40,000 bases of DNA from Bisgaard Taxon 45 (GCA_049888895.1 JBLUWJ010000002.1:104925-144924); one strand, 5' to 3'. Shown: positions 1 to 7,599, counted from the first letter of the stretch. The notes: generated from the sequence alone by a model not told the origin. Program-made: numbers and translations.

Positions 1-170
1 TTAGCCAAAAAGAAATGAGTTATCAGCAATTTATGTCCACTTTAACAAACTTTTTACCTGAGTTGATGCGTTATGTGAATTTTTCCGCACTGCGTCAATT
101 AAGTCAGGTAGACGCTCGCCTATCGTTGGGCAAAAAAACGCGGAAGAGATTTAACAAGAATCCCGCCTAG
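1..170 (+). CDS. topB: 3' end of a CDS entering from the left edge; the C-terminus resembles DNA topoisomerase III
   Basis: Frame 3 is open from the window edge to TAG at 168-170 (..SQKEMSYQQFMSTLTNFLPELMRYV..GKKTRKRFNKNPA*). The pattern SxKxxxYQxFMxxL plus a basic tail matches my recollection of the E. coli TopB C-terminus (SEKQCRYQDFMQPL...KKKAAPRKRSAKK). I also recall topB-secG adjacency in H. influenzae. Only 55 aa are visible. Confidence 0.45.
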   Translation, partial: SQKEMSYQQFMSTLTNFLPELMRYVNFSALRQLSQVDARLSLGKKTRKRFNKNPA

Positions 171-398
171 CAATCAGCAAGACGGCATAGCAATTTAGCG
201 AAAAAAGCAATCTCTCTCGGTAGGCTTGCTTGAATAAGATGAGTGGCGTGAGGTTGAGTGAGTACAGAATGCCATGCCATTGAATAAAATACCAACAAGT
301 AACATGGGAATGAAGAAAAGTACTTGCGCTTGGTAGCGATATTCGATAATATCCGCACGTTAATTTGAATGCGAATTTGCAATTTAGAGAAGAGTATA

Positions 399-746
399 AT
401 GTATCAAGCACTATTATTTGGTTATTTAATCATTTCACTTGCCATCATCGTCCTAATCTTGCTTCAACAAGGTAAAGGCGCAGATGCAGGGGCTTCTTTT
501 GGTGGTGGCGCCTCTGGTACAATCTTTGGCTCTGTTGGGTCAGGTAACTTTTTATCTAAAATGACCGCACTTTTAGCGACAGCATTTTTTGTGATGAGCA
601 TTGTAATTGGTAATATGAATGCGCATCGCGATAATGTAAAACAAGGCAAATTTGATGATTTATCTTCAACAGCTGAGCAAATTCAACAACAACAAAAAGT
701 AGATGTGCCAGCAGTTGAAACAAAAAATAGTGATATTCCTCAATAA
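399..746 (+). CDS. secG: Preprotein translocase subunit SecG
   Basis: MYQALLFGYLIISLAIIVLILLQQGKGADAGASFGGGASGTIFGSVGSGNFLSKMTALLATAFF aligns nearly residue for residue with E. coli SecG (MYEALLVVFL..LQQGKGADMGASFGAGAS..GSGNFMTRMTALLAT). I chose the internal ATG at 399 rather than the ORF-track start at 369 because it matches the orthologue N-terminus. Confidence 0.93.
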   Translation: MYQALLFGYLIISLAIIVLILLQQGKGADAGASFGGGASGTIFGSVGSGNFLSKMTALLATAFFVMSIVIGNMNAHRDNVKQGKFDDLSSTAEQIQQQQKVDVPAVETKNSDIPQ

Positions 747-759
747 TTAAAAAGATTAA

Positions 760-845
760 GCTCTGGTGGTGGAATTGGTAGACACGCTATCTTGAGGGGG
801 TAGTGTCCATCGGACGTGCGAGTTCAAGTCTCGCCCAGAGCACCA
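760..845 (+). tRNA. leuU: tRNA-Leu (anticodon GAG), type II with long variable arm and encoded CCA
   Basis: Acceptor stem GCTCTGG/CCAGAGC, discriminator A, then CCA. The D-arm GTGGAATTGGTAGACAC is as in E. coli leuU. Anticodon stem CTATC/GGTAG with loop TTGAGGG. T-arm GCGAG-TTCAAGT-CTCGC. The secG-leuU order is the same as in E. coli. Confidence 0.92.
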
Positions 846-862
846 TATTAAAAGCGAGTAAA

Positions 863-894
863 AGGCTAGAATTTTGATTTTCTAGCCTTTTTTG
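863..894 (+). terminator. Rho-independent terminator after secG-tRNA-Leu
   Basis: AGGCTAGAA..TTCTAGCCT stem followed by TTTTTT. Confidence 0.8.
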
Positions 895-912
895 TCAATG
901 TGATTTAGCTTA

Positions 913-941
913 TTGACAGGCTTTCAGATTGTGAATATTTA
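913..941 (+). promoter_or_regulatory. Candidate sigma-70 promoter for the ECF sigma operon, overlapping a 7-bp inverted repeat
   Basis: TTGACA (913-918), 17-nt spacer, TATTTA (936-941). TGTCAAT (893-899) and ATTGACA (912-918) form an inverted repeat that includes the -35 element. Found by eye only. Confidence 0.3.
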
Positions 942-966
942 ATGGATTAAACTAGGTAGTGGTGTT

Positions 967-1518
967 ATGCACAATATTTCATCAGAAGAACTAGAAACAA
1001 TTCGTGGGCAAATGTTGAAATTTGCAACGTTGCAATTAAAAGATCCTATTTTAGCAGAGGATGTCGTACAAGACGCTTTTGTTAGCGCATTAAAAAATAT
1101 AGCGAGTTTTAAACGACAATCTGCATTAAAAACATGGATCTTTGCGATTTTAAAGAACAAAATTATTGACTCTTTGCGAGTGAATCATCGTTTTGTGGTG
1201 GAGAGTGAACTTATCACAGACGAAGATGAAAATAGCTTTTTTGATGGTGGACGTTGGCGTAAAGAGTATGCACCCTCGCGTTTACAAGAGAATGAAAATA
1301 CAGTGTATTCTGAGCAATTTTGGGTGCTATTTGAAATGTGTTTGACACGTCTGCCTGCATTGCAAGCAAAAGTTTTCATGATGCGAGAGTATTTAGAGCT
1401 GACATCAGAGGATATTTGTTCGACAGAGCAAATAACAACCTCAAACCTGCATGTGTTACTGTACCGCGCTCGCTTACAGTTGCAGCATTGCTTGACGACC
1501 AAAATGGGGGAGAGATAA
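967..1518 (+). CDS. ECF (sigma-70 family, group 4) RNA polymerase sigma factor
   Basis: 183 aa. Region 2 signature: DVVQDAFVSALKN..ALKTWIFAILKNKIIDSLR. Region 4 HTH: LPALQAKVFMMREYLELTSEDICSTEQITTSNLHVLLYRARLQL. Its stop abuts the next start codon (TAAATG). Confidence 0.88.
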   Translation: MHNISSEELETIRGQMLKFATLQLKDPILAEDVVQDAFVSALKNIASFKRQSALKTWIFAILKNKIIDSLRVNHRFVVESELITDEDENSFFDGGRWRKEYAPSRLQENENTVYSEQFWVLFEMCLTRLPALQAKVFMMREYLELTSEDICSTEQITTSNLHVLLYRARLQLQHCLTTKMGER

Positions 1519-1719
1519 ATGAAATATTGTTTTAAAGTGACGAAATTAATTTCAGAATCTCATGAAAGACCCTTGTCCTTAGTTGAGAGCGTCGGAGTAC
1601 GGTTACACCGTTTAATGTGCCCACAATGCGATAATTTTGGCAAGAATTGTGAAAGCTTAAGTCAGATGATGAAACAATTTGCGCAGCAGTCTGACAACGA
1701 TGAACCCAACCAGAAATAA
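1519..1719 (+). CDS. Small cytoplasmic zinc-binding (ZAS, zf-HC2) anti-sigma factor
   Basis: 66 aa with no TM segment. H-x3-C-x2-C motif (HRLMCPQC). Its start lies directly after the sigma gene stop. Confidence 0.7.
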   Translation: MKYCFKVTKLISESHERPLSLVESVGVRLHRLMCPQCDNFGKNCESLSQMMKQFAQQSDNDEPNQK

Positions 1720-1721
1720 CA

Positions 1722-1730
1722 AAGTGCGGT
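1722..1730 (+). repeat. Uptake signal sequence core AAGTGCGGT
   Basis: Exact 9-mer, embedded in the terminator stem. Confidence 0.9.
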
Positions 1731-1753
1731 GAAAATGTTTAACATTTTCACCG
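1727..1753. terminator. Bidirectional hairpin terminator between the convergent anti-sigma and DUF2063 genes
   Basis: CGGTGAAAATGTT / AACATTTTCACCG perfect 13-bp stem. A T-rich tract follows on the plus strand and an A-rich tract precedes it. Confidence 0.75.
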
Positions 1754-1787
1754 TGTTGTTTTGTGGTTTGGTAAATTTTTTGCTTTT

Positions 1788-2507
1788 TTAGTGTGTAACT
1801 GGGCAGATAACATCCGCCTCAAGCCAATTTGTCCATGCTTGAGTTAAAATCGGTTGTAAACTAGCGTGGTCGACAATGAGATCCGCTAATGCTTGTGACA
1901 GATGTGATAAGGAGGTTGGTTGTTCCGCAAGGTAAGTCAGTAACCAAAAATCTAATTCGGACAGTTTCTGTTCTTTTACTTGAAAGTATCGGTTACGCCA
2001 AATAATGATATGTGATGCGACTTGTTCAATCTGGCTAAAATGGCTAGATAAAAAATCCACCGCATAACTTTTGAGAAAGACAGTTGGCGATAATTGCATT
2101 TCGGTCATTTCATCCCACGCTATCGGATCGGCGAGATTTGCTTGTTCAACCTCAGCAAGCAGTTGAGTATATTCAAAATCCATTAGCGCTAAAACATCAG
2201 CAGAAAAATCAGTTTGTGTTTGACAAAAAGTCAGGAATTCTCCTGCGATATCTTGGAAATAAGGGGATGTGGCTTTCCCTTCTTGGATAAAGCGCTCCTT
2301 CGTTTCTGCCCATGTTGATGCGGAAAGATGATTAGGTGCTTCAACAAAACAACGATCAATAAAACCAAAGGTATTATTACGTACTAAGCGGGCATAGACA
2401 GCTAAACGTTGTGGGGCATAGCCATTTAAGGGGGCTGCATGACCTAGACGTACGGCTTTTGCTAACGCAGCTTGGGTTGCTTTGAGGGTTGAGGGTTTAG
2501 GCTGCAT
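1788..2507 (-). CDS. hvfC: DUF2063-family partner protein of the MNIO enzyme (HvfC/MbnC-like RiPP maturation protein)
   Basis: 239 aa. The N-terminal segment [20 protein letters not shown] resembles the YRNN-type motif I associate with DUF2063. It overlaps the upstream DUF692 gene by 11 nt, which implies translational coupling. Confidence 0.75.
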   Translation of the reverse strand: MQPKPSTLKATQAALAKAVRLGHAAPLNGYAPQRLAVYARLVRNNTFGFIDRCFVEAPNHLSASTWAETKERFIQEGKATSPYFQDIAGEFLTFCQTQTDFSADVLALMDFEYTQLLAEVEQANLADPIAWDEMTEMQLSPTVFLKSYAVDFLSSHFSQIEQVASHIIIWRNRYFQVKEQKLSELDFWLLTYLAEQPTSLSHLSQALADLIVDHASLQPILTQAWTNWLEADVICPVTH

Positions 2508-3420
2508 GGCGATTTTCCCCGGTCAGTTTAATGTGTTTTTGTTGTAGTTGGGCAATATGTTCGACTTCTGCATAAAGTTCCGCAAATGGAGGAAAATTAA
2601 AATCACGCTCAAGTAATGTCGGTGGAATATGCGGTAAGCGTTGATAAGCATAGTCTAATAAATCCCAAACATTACCTTTTACAGCTTCACCATGTGTATC
2701 CACTAATAATTGCGGAAGATGACGATATTCACCTTTTATTTTATTAAAGGCTTCATCAGAAGGGGAAACCGGATTTGCGGCACCATGTTCTTCATCGTGT
2801 CCTGCAATATGAATATAGTTGACTCGGCTAACATCAACATGGTCTAAAAAGACATAAGGATTGAGCAAGCCATGATTTACCCCATTTACATAAATATTAT
2901 TCACATCTAAATGAATGCCACAGTGAGCTTCTTGAGCAATGGCGTTTAGAAATTCGACTTCATTCATGGTGCTAGTAGGCGAATGCAAATAATAGGACGT
3001 ATTTTCTAAGGAAATTTGCATACCCAGAAAATCTTGTACATCACGAATACGTTGTGCTACATGTGTTACTGCTTCTTCCGTAAACGGCATTGGGAGTAAA
3101 TCATAAAGATGCCCGTCACATTCGCAATAACTTAAATGTTCAGAAAAAAAGACAGCATTATACTGGGTCATGAGCGCTTTAATACCCTGTAATAAGGCCC
3201 TATCTAATGGCGCTTGCCCACCTAAAGAGAGCGAAAGTCCATGAACAGCGAGTGGAAATCGTTCTGCCGCCTGATCAAATTTATAGCGTGCTGCGCCACC
3301 CATTTTGATCCAATTTTCTGGTGCAACTTCCATAAAGTTGATGACACTGTTGTCGGGCAGTAATAAAAAATCTTCAGCGAGATCACGGCGATACCCTAAA
3401 CCTGCACCTTGTAACATCAT
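2497..3420 (-). CDS. hvfB: DUF692 / MNIO (multinuclear non-heme iron oxidative) enzyme, MbnB/HvfB-like peptide maturase
   Basis: 307 aa. Family-typical blocks: [79 protein letters not shown]. Confidence 0.85.
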   Translation of the reverse strand: MMLQGAGLGYRRDLAEDFLLLPDNSVINFMEVAPENWIKMGGAARYKFDQAAERFPLAVHGLSLSLGGQAPLDRALLQGIKALMTQYNAVFFSEHLSYCECDGHLYDLLPMPFTEEAVTHVAQRIRDVQDFLGMQISLENTSYYLHSPTSTMNEVEFLNAIAQEAHCGIHLDVNNIYVNGVNHGLLNPYVFLDHVDVSRVNYIHIAGHDEEHGAANPVSPSDEAFNKIKGEYRHLPQLLVDTHGEAVKGNVWDLLDYAYQRLPHIPPTLLERDFNFPPFAELYAEVEHIAQLQQKHIKLTGENRHAA

Positions 3421-3479
3421 ATTGACTCCATTATTCTGGTTAAAGCGCTGGTGTAATGTTTACACCAGCAACCTTTGGG

Positions 3480-3770
3480 TTATTTAGACCCACATTTTCC
3501 TTCGCCGCATTTCCCTTCAGCCGCTTTCGCTTTGTGGTCATGTGCACCGCATTTACCCTCACCACATTTCCCTTCAGCCGCTTTTGCTTTGTGATCATGT
3601 GCACCGCATTTCCCTTCACCACATTTGCCTTCCGCTGCTTTAGTTTTCAGGCATTTCCCTTCCATGCATTGCTCAGCTTTCTCTGCTGATTTCATTTCGG
3701 CTTGTGCAGGTGCCGTTGCGGCCATGGTTAATGCACCCGCTAATGCGGCTAACGTCGCTAATTTTTTCAT
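3480..3770 (-). CDS. hvfA: Secreted Cys-repeat RiPP precursor (HvfA-type; six EGKCG motifs)
   Basis: 96 aa. Sec signal peptide MKKLATLAALAGALTMAATAPAQA|EM. The mature part contains CMEGKCLK, then AAEGKCGEGKCGAHDHKAK twice, then AAEGKCGEGKCGSK. SD AGGAG lies 7 nt upstream of the ATG. Confidence 0.85.
   Translation of the reverse strand: MKKLATLAALAGALTMAATAPAQAEMKSAEKAEQCMEGKCLKTKAAEGKCGEGKCGAHDHKAKAAEGKCGEGKCGAHDHKAKAAEGKCGEGKCGSK
3483..3638 (-). repeat. In-frame 57-bp tandem repeat (2 full units plus a 42-bp partial unit) inside the precursor gene
   Basis: Units at 3582-3638, 3525-3581 and 3483-3524. The two full units differ at 7 of 57 positions and all 7 differences are synonymous. Confidence 0.9.
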
Positions 3771-3808
3771 CTTTAATCTCCTATATAGTGTATGAATAAT
3801 TTCGTTTT

Positions 3809-4258
3809 TTACTGATTTAAAGTGGAGGATTTTCGCTGCAATAACGCATCTACAGCGAATATGCCTGCCCCTTGAGTGATTAATGGTAACAAGGTGACGA
3901 TATAAATTAGGGCCATTTTGTAACCATTACTACACACGTTATAACCCGCGCCTGCATGTACGCTGTACCAAGCAACAGCGGTTAATACGGTTAAGCTGAA
4001 TGCACTCCAGCGAGTGAAAAAGCCGAGGATAAGGAAGAACGGGAATACAAGTTCTGCCCCCATCGCCAATGTCCAATTAAGATCGCTTGGGATGATATTG
4101 AAGGGGAAAGGAAAACTTTCTTGTATTTCCATAAACCAGTTTTCGCCTCTCCATTTTTCTTTACCTGATTCAAAAAACTCCCAAGCGAGAAAAAGACGTA
4201 AACCAAGTAGGCCGATGCCCGTGCCAATCCGTTGGATATTGGAATTTGTCTTATACAT
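3809..4258 (-). CDS. DoxX-family integral membrane protein, first gene of the precursor operon
   Basis: 149 aa with about 4 TM segments. DoxX-like N-terminus: GLLGLRLFLAWEFFESGKEKW. Lies 38 nt upstream of the precursor gene on the same strand. Confidence 0.78.
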   Translation of the reverse strand: MYKTNSNIQRIGTGIGLLGLRLFLAWEFFESGKEKWRGENWFMEIQESFPFPFNIIPSDLNWTLAMGAELVFPFFLILGFFTRWSAFSLTVLTAVAWYSVHAGAGYNVCSNGYKMALIYIVTLLPLITQGAGIFAVDALLQRKSSTLNQ

Positions 4259-4536
4259 TATTTACCTCATTGTTATTACAAGTTATCCGTGCCTTGTAAG
4301 CTCATTGATGACACTTTCCGTATGCCTAACGTCAAATGGCATACGGAAAACGCCCTTTTAAGCAAGAATAGCGTCCTTTTCTTTTCTCTGCTTCATACGT
4401 CGAAGATAACACCATATAGTGGGCCTTTTGTGTACATCGCTAATTGCACAGAAAAGTCTAGTTCTTTCTCTATGATCATTCGACATATCGCGTACTGCGT
4501 TTCCTTAATCATCGCGTTACGGTGAGATTAGTCGAA

Positions 4537-4576
4537 GTAAGAAATGGATTTCTTACAACATTTTTTTATTTTTTTT
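4537..4576 (+). terminator. Orphan intrinsic terminator with no credible upstream CDS
   Basis: GTAAGAAAT-GG-ATTTCTTAC perfect 9-bp arms, then AACA, then TTTTTTTATTTTTTTT. The T-tract is present only on the plus strand. Confidence 0.45.
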
Positions 4577-4591
4577 GTGATTGCCTGATAA

Positions 4592-4600
4592 AAGTGCGGT
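4592..4600 (+). repeat. Uptake signal sequence core AAGTGCGGT
   Basis: Exact 9-mer. Confidence 0.9.
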
Positions 4601-4719
4601 TAGTTTTTTCGAAAGAGTGTGGTGAGATTAAGACTTCCTTAATCTTTATCTGCTAACTTAAGGCATGTGAGAGTGGGGATGGTGTTTATTTTTGTGTAAA
4701 ATAAGAGCAAATTTTTAAC

Positions 4720-4728
4720 AAGTGCGGT
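4720..4728 (+). repeat. Uptake signal sequence core AAGTGCGGT
   Basis: Exact 9-mer, 7 nt upstream of the qseB ATG. Confidence 0.9.
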
Positions 4729-4734
4729 CAAAAA

Positions 4735-5400
4735 ATGCGAATTTTATTAATAGAAGATGATGCTTTAATTGGCAATGGGTTACAGATAGGACTCACAAAA
4801 TTAGGTTTTTTAGTGGACTGGTTTCAAGAGGGGAAAACAGGGTTAGAGGCAGTGAAAAGTGCGCCTTATGATGCGGTGGTGTTAGATTTAACTTTACCTA
4901 AAATGGATGGACTCGATATTTTACAGCATTGGCGTAAAGAAAAGTGTGATGTGCCAGTATTAATCTTAACCGCGCGTGATACGTTGGATGAACGGGTGAG
5001 GGGATTACAGCAAGGGGCAGATGATTATCTATGCAAACCTTTCGCATTAGTCGAAGTGGTTGCACGTTTACAGGCATTAATTCGCCGTCGTTATGGACAG
5101 GCGAATCCTGTGATTGAACACAGTTTAGTCTGTTTTGACCCCAATCAGCGGAAAGTCTTTTTAAGGCAGGAAGAAGTCGCCTTAACGACGAGAGAGTATA
5201 AATTATTAGAGTTATTTATGTTGAATAAAGATCGTGTACTTTCTCGCCGTATGATCGAAGAAAAACTTTACAACTGGGATGATGAAGTCAGTAGTAATGC
5301 ACTCGAAGTGCATATTTATAATTTACGCCAAAAATTAGGTAAACACTTTATTCGTACCGTACATGGTGTGGGGTATGCGTTAGGAAAAAATGATGAATAG
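4735..5400 (+). CDS. qseB: OmpR-family response regulator, QseB-like
   Basis: [53 protein letters not shown] is very close to E. coli QseB. C-terminal winged-helix domain present. Confidence 0.85.
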   Translation: MRILLIEDDALIGNGLQIGLTKLGFLVDWFQEGKTGLEAVKSAPYDAVVLDLTLPKMDGLDILQHWRKEKCDVPVLILTARDTLDERVRGLQQGADDYLCKPFALVEVVARLQALIRRRYGQANPVIEHSLVCFDPNQRKVFLRQEEVALTTREYKLLELFMLNKDRVLSRRMIEEKLYNWDDEVSSNALEVHIYNLRQKLGKHFIRTVHGVGYALGKNDE

Positions 5401-6766
5401 GCTTAAGCAAACAAGTTTACGTGCACGTTTAATGGTGACTTTATCTTTAACCGCGTTAGTGATTTGGCTTGTTGCAACTGCGGTGACATGGTTCCAAGTA
5501 AGACAAGATGTGAATGATGTGTTTGATGCGCAACAGATTTTATTAGCACAGCGTTTAGCTTCTGCGAATTTACACAACACGATGATTGCCCGTGCGCCCC
5601 ACGATGTGAATAAACAACTTAAGAAAGTTCGTCATTATGACGATGATGCCCTTGCTTTTGCGATTTTTAATCAGCATGGAATGCTCCTTTTAAGTGATGG
5701 CAATAATGGGGAAAACTTTATTTTTGCCCCACATAGTGGATTTTCAATCAGTGCGATTCGTGACGATGATGATCAGTGGCGCATTTTTTGGTTGCCAGTG
5801 AATCAGGGGAAATGGATTATCGCAGTGGGTCAAGAGGTTGATTACCGAGATGACCTCATCAACCAAATGGTGTTTGGGCAAATGTGGATTTGGTTAGCAA
5901 GTTTACCTTTTTTATTAGGCATGCTGATTTGGGTAATTAGTCGTGAATTGCGACCATTAAAACAAGTGAATGTACAGTTAATGCAACGTCGCCCAGATGA
6001 TACGTCGTTATTGGCCACAGAACATTTGCCGACGGAAATATTGCCCTTAATTGATAACTTAAATCACTTTTTTGAACGAACGGCCGCATTGCTATTACGT
6101 GAAAGACGTTTTACATCAGATGCAGCACATGAGTTACGCAGTCCACTTACCGCTTTACGCATTCAAACGGAAGTCGCACAAATGGCCGGGGAAGATTCAT
6201 TGATGCGTGAACAGGCTTTGCAAAATTTAACCCTCGGGATTGATCGTGCGAGCCAATTGATCGAGCAATTACTGACTTTATCTCGTCTAGACAGTCTAGC
6301 TGAATTAGTGGAAAAAGAGGAGATTCATTGGGACGCCTTAATTTCATCTTTAATCAGTGAGCTCTATTTTGCAGCACAAAAACGACAAATCGCACTTGAA
6401 TTCGAATGTAAGGCCTCCCCCCCTCCACAGCAAGGACAACCTTTTTTATTAGCCTTAATGCTACGTAACTTAATGGATAATGCGATTCGCTATTGCCCAG
6501 AAGGCAGTACAATTACGATTAAGCTTTATGCCGATCGTATTGTGATTGAAGATAATGGTAACGGGGTGAATGAGGAGGACTTAGTGAAATTAGGACAACG
6601 CTTTTATCGCCCAGCAGGCCAAAATGAGAAAGGTAGTGGACTCGGTTTATCTATTGTTCAACGTATTGCAATTTTACATCACTATCAATTACGGTTAGAA
6701 AATGTGACCGACAAAGAGGGTTATATAAATGGTTTTAGATCGTTGATTTTATTAAATAAAATCTAA
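5390..6766 (+). CDS. qseC: Sensor histidine kinase, QseC-like
   Basis: 458 aa. Two TM segments flank a ~130-aa periplasmic domain. H-box [13 protein letters not shown]-box MDNAIRY, G-boxes EDNGNGV and GSGLGLSIV. Overlaps qseB by 11 nt. Confidence 0.85.
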   Translation: MMNRLKQTSLRARLMVTLSLTALVIWLVATAVTWFQVRQDVNDVFDAQQILLAQRLASANLHNTMIARAPHDVNKQLKKVRHYDDDALAFAIFNQHGMLLLSDGNNGENFIFAPHSGFSISAIRDDDDQWRIFWLPVNQGKWIIAVGQEVDYRDDLINQMVFGQMWIWLASLPFLLGMLIWVISRELRPLKQVNVQLMQRRPDDTSLLATEHLPTEILPLIDNLNHFFERTAALLLRERRFTSDAAHELRSPLTALRIQTEVAQMAGEDSLMREQALQNLTLGIDRASQLIEQLLTLSRLDSLAELVEKEEIHWDALISSLISELYFAAQKRQIALEFECKASPPPQQGQPFLLALMLRNLMDNAIRYCPEGSTITIKLYADRIVIEDNGNGVNEEDLVKLGQRFYRPAGQNEKGSGLGLSIVQRIAILHHYQLRLENVTDKEGYINGFRSLILLNKI

Positions 6767-6797
6767 CTTTTTAGGACTTGTTTTATTTTTTTTGTTG

Positions 6798-6822
6798 GAT
6801 ATAATTGCGGCGAATTCATATC
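6798..6822. promoter_or_regulatory. Imperfect inverted repeat upstream of mop; possible ModE-type operator
   Basis: GATATAATTGCGGCGAATTCATATC has GATAT/ATATC arms and TATA-rich halves. It lies 33 nt upstream of the mop ATG. By eye only. Confidence 0.25.
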
Positions 6823-6854
6823 GAATTTTGTTCATTTTATAAAGAGGAAAAAAT

Positions 6855-7064
6855 ATGAAAATTAGTGCAAGAAATCAATTTAAAGGAAAAGTGGTGTCTT
6901 TGGAGAAAGGTGCGGTGAACGCAGTTGTCGGTATTGATATTGGTGCAGGCAATGTGGTGACATCGACTATTTCTATTGCCGCAGTGGAAGAGTTGAAACT
7001 AGAAGTGGGTAAAGACGCTTATGCGATTATCAAGGCCACTTCTGTGATGGTCGGTGTAGAATAA
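6855..7064 (+). CDS. mop: Molybdate-binding single-TOBE-domain protein (molbindin, Mop)
   Basis: 69 aa. MKISARNQFKGKVVSLEKGAVNAVV..KATSVMV is the classic Mop/TOBE sequence. Good SD (AAGAGGAAAAAATATG). Confidence 0.85.
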   Translation: MKISARNQFKGKVVSLEKGAVNAVVGIDIGAGNVVTSTISIAAVEELKLEVGKDAYAIIKATSVMVGVE

Positions 7065-7080
7065 TTAACGTATTATTCAC

Positions 7081-7118
7081 AAAAGCCTTGTGATCGTTAT
7101 TGTCACAAGGCTTTTTTT
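7081..7118. terminator. Bidirectional terminator shared by mop and smpB
   Basis: AAAA-GCCTTGTGA..TCACAAGGC-TTTTTTT. Confidence 0.8.
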
Positions 7119-7599
7119 AACCAAGACGCGCATTTTTCATAATACGATCTTTGGTCACTTTCCATTCACGCTCTTTGATGTCTTCACGTTTGTCGTGTTG
7201 TTTTTTCCCTTTGGCAAGACCAATTTTTAATTTAGCCCAGGCACCTTTCCAGTAGAGTGAGAGAGCTACAATCGTATAGCCATCGCGATTGGCTTTACCA
7301 AACAGTGATGCCAGTTCTTTTTGCTTGAGTAAGAGTTTACGTGTGCGAGTGGGATCACACACAATATGTGTTGAGGCAACATTAAGTGGCTGAATTGTTG
7401 AACCAAATAAATAGGCTTCACCTTGTTTAAAAATAATATAGCTATCACTAATGTTGGCCTTTCCTGCTCGCATTGACTTGACTTCCCAGCCCTGTAATTC
7501 CAGACCGGCTTCCATTTCGTCTTCAATAAAATAATCGTGTCGTGCACGTTTATTTAATGCAATTGTATTCGAGCTCACTTTTACTTTTTTCTTTGTCAT
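7117..7599 (-). CDS. smpB: SsrA-binding protein SmpB
   Basis: [72 protein letters not shown] matches E. coli SmpB throughout. Start set at MTKKK (7599), not at 7614. Confidence 0.93.
   Translation of the reverse strand: MTKKKVKVSSNTIALNKRARHDYFIEDEMEAGLELQGWEVKSMRAGKANISDSYIIFKQGEAYLFGSTIQPLNVASTHIVCDPTRTRKLLLKQKELASLFGKANRDGYTIVALSLYWKGAWAKLKIGLAKGKKQHDKREDIKEREWKVTKDRIMKNARLG

Noticed and set aside
151-411. Minus-strand ORFs 151-411 and 167-382 in the topB-secG spacer
   Set aside because: There are no ribosome-binding sites, the composition is Cys/Trp/His-rich and unprotein-like, and they overlap the end of topB and the secG start. They are most likely non-coding. I could not assign a function to this 229-bp spacer.
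3483-3638. Possible CRISPR array, given the regularly repeated sequence
   Set aside because: The repeats are directly adjacent with no unique spacers, are 57 bp long, and lie in frame within a CDS. No cas genes are in the window.
3440-3689. ORFs 3440-3622 (minus) and 3456-3689 (plus), which overlap the precursor gene in other frames
   Set aside because: They are by-products of the 57-bp tandem repeat, which keeps all frames open. They have no SD or signal sequence. Only the 3480-3770 minus frame has an SD, a signal peptide and a meaningful Cys-repeat architecture.
893-4320. A shared motif TGTCA..CAATG..AGCTTA upstream of both the ECF sigma gene (893-910) and doxX (minus strand, around 4295-4320), considered as a common ECF promoter. 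Also GGATNAAC elements close to both start codons
   Set aside because: The spacing of the sub-motifs differs between the two sites. The GGAT-AAC elements lie only 20-32 nt from the ATGs, which leaves no room for a -10 element, a 5' UTR and an SD. I treat this as coincidence unless a TSS map says otherwise.
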